Shown: positions 1 through 7,649 of the stretch, piece after piece
How positions within the stretch are numbered: the first letter of the stretch is position 1
Layout: each line of letters starts with the position of its first letter
Origin: Eubacteriales bacterium
Lineage (GTDB): Bacteria; Bacillota; Clostridia; Lachnospirales; Lachnospiraceae
Direction of reading: 5' to 3'
Assembly (NCBI GenBank): GCA_030536755.1
Contig: JAUNPJ010000007.1
Coordinates: forward strand, 2,115-66,114
Length of the DNA stretch: 64,000 bases
Translations under genes and position numbers: made by a program
The notes under the pieces: generated by a model
Databases searched by the model: none
Told to the model about the DNA's origin: nothing
The model's input: the letters and a program-made list of their open reading frames with translations, nothing else

Positions 1-1
1 C

Positions 2-634
2 CGCCTCATGGATTATCTTGGTATGACACAGGCAGAATGTGCCAAACAGATGGGCGTCAGCCGTGCCACGGTACAGGCGCTTTATAGCGAAGCACGCAAA
101 AAGATGGCTCGTTTTGTTGTAGAGGGCACCTATATGGAAATCGGCGGGGGCGACTTTCAATTATGCAGCCGCCCATGTCTTGGAACATTCTGCTTTCAGA
201 AACAGACCCAAAACAAAAAAATAAACAAAGGAGATAAAACGATGAAAATTGCAGTCACTTATGAAAACGGAGAAGTATTTCAGCATTTTGGACACACAGA
301 ACAGTTTAAAGTATATGAAGTCGAAGACGGAAAAATTGTTTTCTCTGAAGTCGTAGACACAAACGGACAGGGACATGGTGCACTGGCAGGCTTCCTGTTC
401 AGCAGCGGTATTGATGTACTGATCTGCGGCGGTATCGGCGGCGGCGCAAGAAATGCACTTGCCGAGGCCGGCATCCAGCTTTATCCGGGAGCTATGGGAA
501 ACGCAGACGCTCAGGTAGAATCCTTCCTGAAAGGCACACTTTCCTATGATCCGGATACCATGTGCAGTCATCACAGCCATGCAGAAGGTCATGTGTGCGG
601 CGACCACGGATGCGGCAGCCACTCTTGCCATTAA
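2..634 (+). CDS. DUF134/UPF0251-type HTH domain (5' end cut by the window edge) reading in-frame into a NifX/NifB-C-like (dinitrogenase FeMo-cofactor family) domain with a His/Cys-rich tail
   Basis: One open frame runs from nt 2. The N-terminal part MTQAECAKQMGVSRATVQALYSEARKKMA looks like a sigma-r4-like HTH. The C-terminal part MKIAVTYENGEVFQHFGHTEQFKVYEV...VLICGGIGGGARNAL is typical of the Nitro_FeMo-Co family. An internal ATG at 242 follows AAAGGAGATAAAACG, so 242-634 may be translated separately. The tail is CSHHSHAEGHVCGDHGCGSHSCH. Confidence 0.6.
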   Translation, partial: RLMDYLGMTQAECAKQMGVSRATVQALYSEARKKMARFVVEGTYMEIGGGDFQLCSRPCLGTFCFQKQTQNKKINKGDKTMKIAVTYENGEVFQHFGHTEQFKVYEVEDGKIVFSEVVDTNGQGHGALAGFLFSSGIDVLICGGIGGGARNALAEAGIQLYPGAMGNADAQVESFLKGTLSYDPDTMCSHHSHAEGHVCGDHGCGSHSCH

Positions 635-661
635 TAAATTACGATATCATAAATGATAGAT

Positions 662-690
662 AAAGTCCGGCATTTGCTGGACTTTTCTAC
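662..690 (+). terminator. Putative intrinsic terminator after the NifX-like ORF
   Basis: Stem AAAGTCC (662-668) pairs with GGACTTT (679-685) and is followed by TTCT. Confidence 0.45.
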
Positions 691-781
691 TATTATTTAT
701 CATTTTTTTAAACCCTTTGTTCTGTTTTGTAATATAATAAATACAGAGTTTATGAATGAATACAGAAAGGATAAAGAAAAT

Positions 782-1564
782 ATGTCAATGAAGATTTTTT
801 CTGGAGTATGGATTCCCTTTGTGGGAACGATGTTCGGGGCAGGCTGTGTATTTTTTATGCGTGGGAAGATGAAGCCCGGCATCGAGAAAGCACTGAACGG
901 TTTTGCGGCAGGTGTTATGGTGGCAGCGTCTGTGTGGAGTTTGCTGATTCCTGCCCTGGAACAGTCGGAAGCGATGGGAAAATGGTCTTTCATACCTGCG
1001 GCAGTCGGTTTCTGGTTTGGTGTCCTGTTCTTGCTTCTGCTGGATCATGTAATCCCACATCTGCACAGAAACAGTGAGGAGGCGGAAGGGCCGAGAATCC
1101 ATTTACAGAAAACGACCATGTTGGTACTTGCGGTTACGCTTCACAACATTCCTGAGGGAATGGCAGTTGGTGTTGTCTATGCAGGATGTATGGCAGGAGA
1201 TTCTGGTATCACGCTGATGGGAGCGATGGCGCTTGCTATAGGAATTGCGATTCAGAACTTTCCGGAGGGAGCGATCATCTCTCTGCCTTTGCGGTCTGAA
1301 GGGGTAAGCAAAACGAGAGCCTTCACATATGGTGCTCTTTCGGGGATTGTGGAACCGATCAGTGCGCTGCTGACGATTCTGGCTTCTTCGTTTGTCATTC
1401 CGCTGCTTCCTTATCTGCTGAGCTTTGCAGCCGGTGCCATGCTGTATGTCGTGGTGGAAGAACTGGTTCCGGAGATGGCAGAGGGAGAACATTCCGATGT
1501 TGGAACAATTCTGTTTGCGGCAGGATTTACCATTATGATGATTCTGGATGTGGCACTTGGATAA
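782..1564 (+). CDS. ZIP family (ZupT-like) divalent metal transporter
   Basis: Multi-TM protein with HNIPEGMAVG and QNFPEGAIIS motifs. I chose the ATG at 782 (MSMKIF) over the ORF start at 653, whose extension is not protein-like. Confidence 0.8.
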   Translation: MSMKIFSGVWIPFVGTMFGAGCVFFMRGKMKPGIEKALNGFAAGVMVAASVWSLLIPALEQSEAMGKWSFIPAAVGFWFGVLFLLLLDHVIPHLHRNSEEAEGPRIHLQKTTMLVLAVTLHNIPEGMAVGVVYAGCMAGDSGITLMGAMALAIGIAIQNFPEGAIISLPLRSEGVSKTRAFTYGALSGIVEPISALLTILASSFVIPLLPYLLSFAAGAMLYVVVEELVPEMAEGEHSDVGTILFAAGFTIMMILDVALG

Positions 1565-1571
1565 AACATAG

Positions 1572-1600
1572 GTATATTTTTTTCAAAAACGCACATAGTA
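1572..1600 (+). promoter_or_regulatory. Forespore (sigma-G/F-type) promoter candidate for spoVAD-spoVAE
   Basis: GTATA (1572-1576), a 17-nt spacer, then CATAGTA (1594-1600), about 58 nt upstream of the spoVAD ATG. The same architecture occurs at 5902-5930 and 20910-20938. Confidence 0.5.
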
Positions 1601-1658
1601 AGAATAGATGCCGTGTAGTGTGTATGTTAATGGCAAATATCTTACGGAGGTGCAGAAA

Positions 1659-2684
1659 ATGAGCGGACAGTTGAGAGGAAAACAGAGCATTGAATTGTCC
1701 GGATCTGTTCGGATTTTAAGTGGTGCCAGTGTGGTCGGCTCGAAGGAGGGAGAGGGCCCTCTGGGAAAGTTTTTTGATGCAGTTGGAGAAGATCCTATGT
1801 TTGGGTGTGAAAGCTGGGAAGAGGCGGAGAGTATCCTTCAGAAAGAGGCGGCCACTATGGCTGTTGGAAAGGCTGGGCTTTTGCCCTCCGATATCCGTAT
1901 GATGTTTGCGGGAGATCTGCTGGCACAGTCTATCGCCTCTTCTTTTGGTGTGGTAGATCTGAATATTCCCCTTTATGGATTGTATGGAGCCTGCTCGACG
2001 ATGGGAGAGGCATTGGCGCTGGGATCAATGGCAGTTTCGGCGGGGTACGGGGAATATGTGCTGGCACTGACCTCCAGCCATTTCGGAAGTGCCGAGAAGG
2101 AATTTCGATTTCCCTTGGAATATGGGAATCAAAGGCCCTTATCGGCTTCCTGGACGGTCACGGGAAGTGGTGCCTGTGTACTTGGAACCTCAGGAGGAAA
2201 GGCCAAGATTACCGGCGTGACAACCGGGAAAATCGTGGACTATGGATTTAAGGATTCGCAGAATATGGGAGCCTGTATGGCGCCTGCCGCCTGTGACACA
2301 ATTTACCAGAATCTCATGGATTTTGACCGGCTTCCAAAAGATTACGATAAAATTATTACAGGAGATCTCGGAAGTGTAGGACAGAGAATTTTATTTGACC
2401 TGCTGGCAGAGAAGGGATTTGATATTTCCGTACAACATATGGACTGCGGGATGGAGATTTATGATCCCGAGACACAGGATACCCATGCCGGAGGCAGCGG
2501 CTGCGGCTGTGCCGCCACCGTGTTTGCTTCCTATATTCTTCCACAGCTCGCACTGAAAAAATGGAAGCGGATTCTTTTCGTTCCGACAGGTGCACTGCTG
2601 TCTAAGGTGAGTTTTAACGAAGGACAGAGTGTGCCAGGGATTGCACATGCTGTGGTAGTGGAAGCGCTACAGAAAGGAGAATAA
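1659..2684 (+). CDS. spoVAD: Stage V sporulation protein AD (thiolase-fold SpoVAD)
   Basis: About 340 aa with GSKEGEGPLGKFFD and GACSTMGEAL motifs. GGAGG RBS lies 8 nt upstream of the ATG at 1659. spoVAE follows directly. Confidence 0.9.
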   Translation: MSGQLRGKQSIELSGSVRILSGASVVGSKEGEGPLGKFFDAVGEDPMFGCESWEEAESILQKEAATMAVGKAGLLPSDIRMMFAGDLLAQSIASSFGVVDLNIPLYGLYGACSTMGEALALGSMAVSAGYGEYVLALTSSHFGSAEKEFRFPLEYGNQRPLSASWTVTGSGACVLGTSGGKAKITGVTTGKIVDYGFKDSQNMGACMAPAACDTIYQNLMDFDRLPKDYDKIITGDLGSVGQRILFDLLAEKGFDISVQHMDCGMEIYDPETQDTHAGGSGCGCAATVFASYILPQLALKKWKRILFVPTGALLSKVSFNEGQSVPGIAHAVVVEALQKGE

Positions 2685-2688
2685 TCAG

Positions 2689-3045
2689 ATGGATTACATC
2701 AATGCATTCTGGGTTGGAGGATTGATTTGTGCGCTGGTGCAGATATTGCTGGATCGAACAAAACTGATGCCGGGGCGTGTCATGGTTCTTCTTGTATGTC
2801 TCGGGGCGGTTTTGAGTTCTATTGGATGGTTTCGCCCCATGCAGGAATATGCGGGAGCCGGTGTGAGCGTTCCGCTTCTTGGATTTGGAAATGTATTATT
2901 TGAAGGCGTAAGAAAAGCTGTGGATGAGAATGGATTTATGGGACTTTTTATGGGCGGATTTACGGCAAGTGCCGTGGGAATTTCGGCGGCGCTGATCTTT
3001 TCTTATCTGGCAAGTCTTATTTTTAAACCGAAAATGAAAAGTTAA
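2689..3045 (+). CDS. spoVAE: Stage V sporulation protein AE (SpoVAEB-type membrane protein)
   Basis: 118-aa membrane protein (MDYINAFWVGGLICALVQILLDRTKLMPGRVMV) located 4 nt after spoVAD. Confidence 0.85.
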   Translation: MDYINAFWVGGLICALVQILLDRTKLMPGRVMVLLVCLGAVLSSIGWFRPMQEYAGAGVSVPLLGFGNVLFEGVRKAVDENGFMGLFMGGFTASAVGISAALIFSYLASLIFKPKMKS

Positions 3046-3100
3046 AGAACTACCGCAAAAAAGCAAAGGCAACCATACTTTATTATGAAATAAACACTCA

Positions 3101-3150
3101 AAACGTATATCTCATCCAATGAATCGTTATGAATGAGATATACGTTTTTT
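3101..3150 (+). terminator. Intrinsic terminator after spoVAE
   Basis: 15-bp stem AAACGTATATCTCAT (3101-3115) pairs with ATGAGATATACGTTT (3133-3147), followed by a T-run. Confidence 0.8.
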
Positions 3151-3164
3151 AATATTGTAATTTT

Positions 3165-3243
3165 GTAACTGTTCAGCAGGTAATATCCCGCGAGGTGTTT
3201 TCATGGATTTTGGCTCGTATCTGTGAGGGTACTGAACAGATAC
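3165..3243. mobile_element. Mini-MITE copy 1 (79 bp) with 12-bp imperfect terminal inverted repeats and an 8-bp TSD
   Basis: GTAACTGTTCAG...CTGAACAGATAC, flanked by the perfect direct repeat GTAATTTT at 3157-3164 and 3244-3251. The core matches copy 2 apart from two substitutions in the left arm and a 33-bp internal extra segment. Confidence 0.75.
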
Positions 3244-3343
3244 GTAATTTTATAAATTATTATACAAACTTATAGTTCAAAGTACTATAATATCAATAAT
3301 GAAAAGATACTATTAATCACAAAAAGACGAAAGGATGAATTAT

Positions 3344-4249
3344 ATGAAAAAGAAATTGTTTTTTGTTTCATTTATTTTAGCAATAACTCTAATTTGTTCC
3401 ACACAGGTGTATGCAAAAACAGCAGCTTCGAATAATATTTCTACGTATACCTTGGATACGGTGAAAATATCCCTGAATAAAACCAAGATTTCCGTAAAAG
3501 CTGGATCCAGCATAATCCTGAAAGCAAAAGTATCCGGAACTTCTAACAAGATATCCTGGTCCACCAGCAACAGCACTATTGCTAAAGTAACAAATGGTAA
3601 GGTTACCGGAATAAAAACTGGAGTTGCTAAAATTACAGCAAAAGTCGGCAGTAAAAAAGCAATCTGCATAGTAACTGTTATAAAAGTAAAATATACTCCT
3701 ACACAATTTTCTGATTACAATAAAGTTCATAAACTGATTCGTTATTTTGATGTTCCAATCGGATTTTGCGTAAATCCAGCCATGTCAGTCGGCGAAATAC
3801 CATCTTGTGTAGATAATAAATTCATGACTGTTTGCAGTGCATGGCACGTAAATGAAAAACATTGGAAGGAAATTAATTCTGATGGTTATGGAGAATATGC
3901 CATTGATAAAAAGTATATTGATCCGGAATGTAAAAAAATTTTTGGAAAGATCAGTTCTTTAACAGGGATTCCTGAATATGGTTCTTCAAAGAAGTCATAT
4001 CTTTTTGCTCAGAAATCAGGCAATAAAGTAATCCTTCCACAATGGTCCTCTCCATATGAGGTAACGAGCAAAATCAACTCCATCACCAAAATATCAGTCA
4101 CATCATACCAAGTTCAAATAACATATACTGCCAAAAGTTACTGGACAACTTCTGGATTGCCAACCAGACAGAAACGCGCATTGTTTACATTGAAAAAAGT
4201 AAAATCAGCACCTTATGGATATTATGTAATTGGTTTCAAATTTATTTAA
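3344..4249 (+). CDS. Secreted protein with N-terminal signal peptide, a Big_2 (bacterial Ig-like group 2) domain and an unknown C-terminal domain
   Basis: Signal peptide MKKKLFFVSFILAITLICSTQVYA. The Big_2-like segment is SVKAGSSIILKAKVSG..ISWSTSNSTIAKVTNGKVTGIKTGVAKITAKVG. The gene is visibly AT-rich compared with its neighbours. Confidence 0.65.
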   Translation: MKKKLFFVSFILAITLICSTQVYAKTAASNNISTYTLDTVKISLNKTKISVKAGSSIILKAKVSGTSNKISWSTSNSTIAKVTNGKVTGIKTGVAKITAKVGSKKAICIVTVIKVKYTPTQFSDYNKVHKLIRYFDVPIGFCVNPAMSVGEIPSCVDNKFMTVCSAWHVNEKHWKEINSDGYGEYAIDKKYIDPECKKIFGKISSLTGIPEYGSSKKSYLFAQKSGNKVILPQWSSPYEVTSKINSITKISVTSYQVQITYTAKSYWTTSGLPTRQKRALFTLKKVKSAPYGYYVIGFKFI

Positions 4250-4260
4250 TGCGAAATGAT

Positions 4261-4289
4261 GCCGGGAGCAGCCTACTACCACTCCCGGC
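4261..4289. terminator. Shared hairpin between the convergent Big_2 gene and spoVAC (weak T-runs)
   Basis: GCCGGGAG (4261-4268) pairs with CTCCCGGC (4282-4289). Neither strand has a strong U-tract. Confidence 0.35.
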
Positions 4290-4295
4290 ACTATC

Positions 4296-4748
4296 TCACA
4301 TCATCTGAAACAGCCAATAAATCAACCCCAGTACCCAGGATGTCACAATCCCGTACAAAATCACCGGTCCGGCTATCGTAAAAATCTTACAGCCGATTCC
4401 CATGACCTGCCCTTCCTTCTGATATTCAATGGCTGACGCCGCCACCGAATTCGCAAATCCGGTAATCGGAACAAGAGAACCGGCTCCTGCAAATTTTGCA
4501 AGTTTCGGATAGATATTCAGCCCTGTCAAAATGACACTGGCAAGGATCAAAATCCCCGAACACCAGGCTCCTGCCATCTCTTTATCCAGTCCATATCCCT
4601 TCGCGATATTCAGAATCCACTGCCCGATCACACAGATGATACCTCCCACCAAAAAGGCCTTTGCCATATTTCGGGGAAGACTGTGTACCGGTGTCACTTC
4701 CTTTACATACTGCTCATATTTTTTCTGTTCTTCTTTCTGCTGTGCCAT
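4296..4748 (-). CDS. spoVAC: Stage V sporulation protein AC
   Basis: Membrane protein with LVGGIICVIGQ and GAGSLVPITGFANS motifs. GGAGGAATT RBS precedes ATG (MAQQKEE). Confidence 0.9.
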   Translation of the reverse strand: MAQQKEEQKKYEQYVKEVTPVHSLPRNMAKAFLVGGIICVIGQWILNIAKGYGLDKEMAGAWCSGILILASVILTGLNIYPKLAKFAGAGSLVPITGFANSVAASAIEYQKEGQVMGIGCKIFTIAGPVILYGIVTSWVLGLIYWLFQMM

Positions 4749-4814
4749 AATTCCTCCATGTTTCCCTCGTTCTCTCATCCACTATTTTCTCTCAAAAACA
4801 TGTTTTTATACATA

Positions 4815-5234
4815 TCAGTGATGCATTCCCTGATAGAAATACAGCAGAGAACCACATATTTTCGCAGCCGCAACCGTCACAATAATCAAAGGTACCCCGA
4901 CTTTAATTTTCAAGCGCCGTATCGCAATCGGAAATACATCCACCATTTCTGCCAACGCCAGAATCCATGCTCCAAGAAACATCCCGGCTCCAAGCCCGTA
5001 CACGGCAAGCCCGATTTTTCCAACTGCCAGAGAAGGTTCATACAGCTGCAGAATGTTACCGGCGACTGCGCCAAGCATCGTAAAATCTTCGTACAGCAAA
5101 ATCCGATCTGCCGTGTGCGTGATTCCGGCAAATCTCGGCGTAATCCCAAGTCCAATCAGCAGTGCCACCATTCCGCCCGCCGCGATCATCCCGCCGCCAA
5201 ACCCAATGACGGCCATTCCTATCTGCTGCCACAT
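4815..5234 (-). CDS. spoVAB: Stage V sporulation protein AB
   Basis: 139-aa membrane protein immediately downstream of spoVAA, overlapping it by 16 nt. GGAGGAG RBS. Confidence 0.8.
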   Translation of the reverse strand: MWQQIGMAVIGFGGGMIAAGGMVALLIGLGITPRFAGITHTADRILLYEDFTMLGAVAGNILQLYEPSLAVGKIGLAVYGLGAGMFLGAWILALAEMVDVFPIAIRRLKIKVGVPLIIVTVAAAKICGSLLYFYQGMHH

Positions 5235-5848
5235 TCCTTCTCCTCCTTACGGCAGATTTCCTCGATCACCGTTGTATCTACATCGTCCTCATAAAGACGC
5301 ATCTGCACTTGCATCGGAGTCGGATCCTGTGTGATTTTCACCCTGCCAAAATGATTAAAAAAGAACAGCACGCCAAGACCGATTCCCACCGAATACGACA
5401 GATGAAGAATATTAAATCCTGACGGCTGCTGCCCCATAAACTGGACATAAATCTGATCAAACAGCTTTCCTACATCCACGTCATTATTAAACGTCATAAT
5501 AGAAAAAGCTGTTCCAAAAAACGTGATCAGACAGACCAGCGCGGTTTTCAGATAGCTGAACATTTTGTGTTCGTGTTTTTCTGCCTCATAAGTAATGATA
5601 AAAGTTGGTTCTCCCACATGGGTCACATCCACCGTATGATCTTTTTTCTGTATTTTTTCAATGATATCCGTCACCGTGATCACATATCGTCCCGTTTTTT
5701 TGGAATCAATATTCAAAACAGGAAGTGCCCGAAAACGATCCAGCGTCTTGCTGTCACTACAGGCAAGCTGCGCCACATCCTGCAGATATACATGCGGCCT
5801 GTGAACCTCCACATTTTTATCCGTCTGAATATACAAAGTCTCGCTCAT
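5219..5848 (-). CDS. spoVAA: Stage V sporulation protein AA
   Basis: 209 aa, first gene of the spoVAA-AB-AC run. GGGAGG RBS. Confidence 0.75.
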   Translation of the reverse strand: MSETLYIQTDKNVEVHRPHVYLQDVAQLACSDSKTLDRFRALPVLNIDSKKTGRYVITVTDIIEKIQKKDHTVDVTHVGEPTFIITYEAEKHEHKMFSYLKTALVCLITFFGTAFSIMTFNNDVDVGKLFDQIYVQFMGQQPSGFNILHLSYSVGIGLGVLFFFNHFGRVKITQDPTPMQVQMRLYEDDVDTTVIEEICRKEEKECGSR

Positions 5849-5901
5849 AAAAAGCCTCCCGAAATTATTCTTCAGGATTTACTATATCCAGAAAATCTCA
5901 A

Positions 5902-5930
5902 AACTATGCGCACACTTTCATTTTTTATAC
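5902..5930 (-). promoter_or_regulatory. Forespore (sigma-G-type) promoter candidate for spoVAA-AB-AC
   Basis: Minus-strand sense reads GTATA, 17 nt, CATAGTT. The -35 overlaps the last codons of the AEC transporter gene. Confidence 0.5.
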
Positions 5931-6869
5931 GAGTCCAAGCGTTTTGAGTATATAAAGCCATCCTGTCAGAGTAAGCGCACTGAAAAAGGTTGTCAGCATA
6001 ACTGTGCTGGATGTCAGTGTTCCCTCATGTCCCATATTTTTTGCCATAATATAGCAACTCACCGTGGTCGCAGAACCAAGCATCACAAGAATCGCTACCA
6101 GTTTTTCTCTGGTAAATCCCATATGTACGGCGACAGGCAAGAAGACTGCCGCCAAAACCACCAGCTTGATCAATGTGGCAAGAACTGCCGGACGTATCTT
6201 CTCTGTCGCCTGCTTCGCATCAAAAGAAGCGCCCATAGCCATCAGCCCAAGCGGTGTTGCAAGAACAGCTACATTTTTCACTGTTTTTTCCAGGATAACC
6301 GGCATCGGAATTCCAAGCAGTGACCATGCCATTCCGGCCAGAATTCCTAAAATAATCGGATTCGTGATAATTCCCTTCAGCGTCTTTCCAACCACCTGAC
6401 GACTGATTGGTTCCCGCACAGGTTTCATCACAGAAAGTACCACAACTGCCATCACATTGTATAAAGGAACCGTTCCGATAATCATAAGCGGTGCCATTCC
6501 GGCATTCCCATAAATATTCTGGATAAAAGCAATTCCAAGGATTGCCGCGCTGCTTCTGTATGCAGCCTGGATAAACTCGCCCTGAATCGTCTTATCTTTT
6601 AAAAGATAGGACACGCCAGTAACCGCCAGAATACTGATCAGTGTAGCCAGGAAACAAAACAGTACAAATCTGGTATCCCACACCTTCCGAAAATCCACCG
6701 CAGCCAGATCGTGAAACACAAGAACCGGCAGTGCCGCCTTGAAGACAAACCTGTTCATTTTACTGACAAAGGACTCATCCATCAGTCCTGTTTTTCTGAA
6801 AAGGCCGCCCAATATCATGGTAAAAAAGATAGGCAGCGTCGCATTCAGACTAAAAATTAAATTTTCCAT
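5925..6869 (-). CDS. AEC (auxin efflux carrier / malate permease-like) family transporter
   Basis: About 10-TM protein (MENLIFSLNATLPIFFTMILGGLFRKTG). GGAGAA RBS precedes the ATG at 6869. Confidence 0.75.
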   Translation of the reverse strand: MENLIFSLNATLPIFFTMILGGLFRKTGLMDESFVSKMNRFVFKAALPVLVFHDLAAVDFRKVWDTRFVLFCFLATLISILAVTGVSYLLKDKTIQGEFIQAAYRSSAAILGIAFIQNIYGNAGMAPLMIIGTVPLYNVMAVVVLSVMKPVREPISRQVVGKTLKGIITNPIILGILAGMAWSLLGIPMPVILEKTVKNVAVLATPLGLMAMGASFDAKQATEKIRPAVLATLIKLVVLAAVFLPVAVHMGFTREKLVAILVMLGSATTVSCYIMAKNMGHEGTLTSSTVMLTTFFSALTLTGWLYILKTLGLV

Positions 6870-6918
6870 GATTGTTCTCCTCTGTAAAATCTCCTTTGCC
6901 ATTATACAGAGTATTTTC

Positions 6919-7647
6919 TTATTTTTCCAGACCCAGTGTTCTGTTTTTCATTTTTCGAAGAATCGCCTTCTCCTTTCGTGAAACCTGTACCTGAGAGATT
7001 CCAAGTATCTGTGAAATCTCCGTCTGTGTCATATCCTGAAAATACCGCATATAGATCAGACGTCGTTCCTCCGGTTCCAGACCACCCAGCATTTCTTCCA
7101 AAAGCAGCCGGTTCAGCAGATGCTCCTGCCTGTTTTCTGCTTCGGGGATTTTATCTCCCAGACAGATATCGTTCCCATCTCCCTGATAAATCGTCTTCTG
7201 CAGAGATTCTACATCAGCCGAGGCATCCAGCGCCAGCAAGACATCTTCATAGCAGATACCGATTTCCTCAGAAATCTCCAGAAGTGTCGGCTCTCTTCCC
7301 ATCTGTTTTTCCATTGCTTCTCTTGCCGTATAAACCTTATAGGCAATTTCCTTCATAGAACGGCTAACTTTCAGCGGTCCATCATCTCTCAGAAAACGCT
7401 TGATCTCACCGGAAATCATCGGAACTGCATACGTTGAAAATTTCACATCAAAAGAAAAATCAAAATGATCCACCGCCTTGAGAAGTCCAATACTTCCAAT
7501 CTGAAACAAATCCTCAAGTTCTACCCCTCGATTAGAAAAACGCCGCACAATGCTCCACACAAGTCCCACATTTTCCTGAAAAATTGTATCTCTTGCTTTT
7601 TTATCTCCCTGGTGTGCTTTTTGAATCAAAGCAAGAGTAGAATCCAT
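6919..7647 (-). CDS. sigF: RNA polymerase sporulation sigma factor SigF
   Basis: Full sigma-70 regions 2-4 (FSTYAVPMISGEIKRFLRD; TQTEISQILGISQVQVSRKEKAIL), directly downstream of spoIIAA-spoIIAB. Confidence 0.9.
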   Translation of the reverse strand: MDSTLALIQKAHQGDKKARDTIFQENVGLVWSIVRRFSNRGVELEDLFQIGSIGLLKAVDHFDFSFDVKFSTYAVPMISGEIKRFLRDDGPLKVSRSMKEIAYKVYTAREAMEKQMGREPTLLEISEEIGICYEDVLLALDASADVESLQKTIYQGDGNDICLGDKIPEAENRQEHLLNRLLLEEMLGGLEPEERRLIYMRYFQDMTQTEISQILGISQVQVSRKEKAILRKMKNRTLGLEK

Positions 7648-7649
7648 CG

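Noticed and set aside
635-660. Zur box upstream of the ZIP transporter
   Set aside because: Only one half-site-like ATTACGA is present, and the partner half does not match TCGTAAT. That is not enough for a call.
653-781. N-terminal ORF extensions. These affect the ZIP gene (653-781), valS (16051-16161), addB (30825-30989), hslO (57563-57802), the ABC ATPase (20586-20756), folC (11205-11333), spoVAD (1608-1658) and the GNAT gene (61321-61449)
   Set aside because: The extensions run through promoters, leaders or terminators, and several begin at GTG or TTG. Downstream ATG/GTG codons with strong Shine-Dalgarno sequences match the expected protein N-termini.
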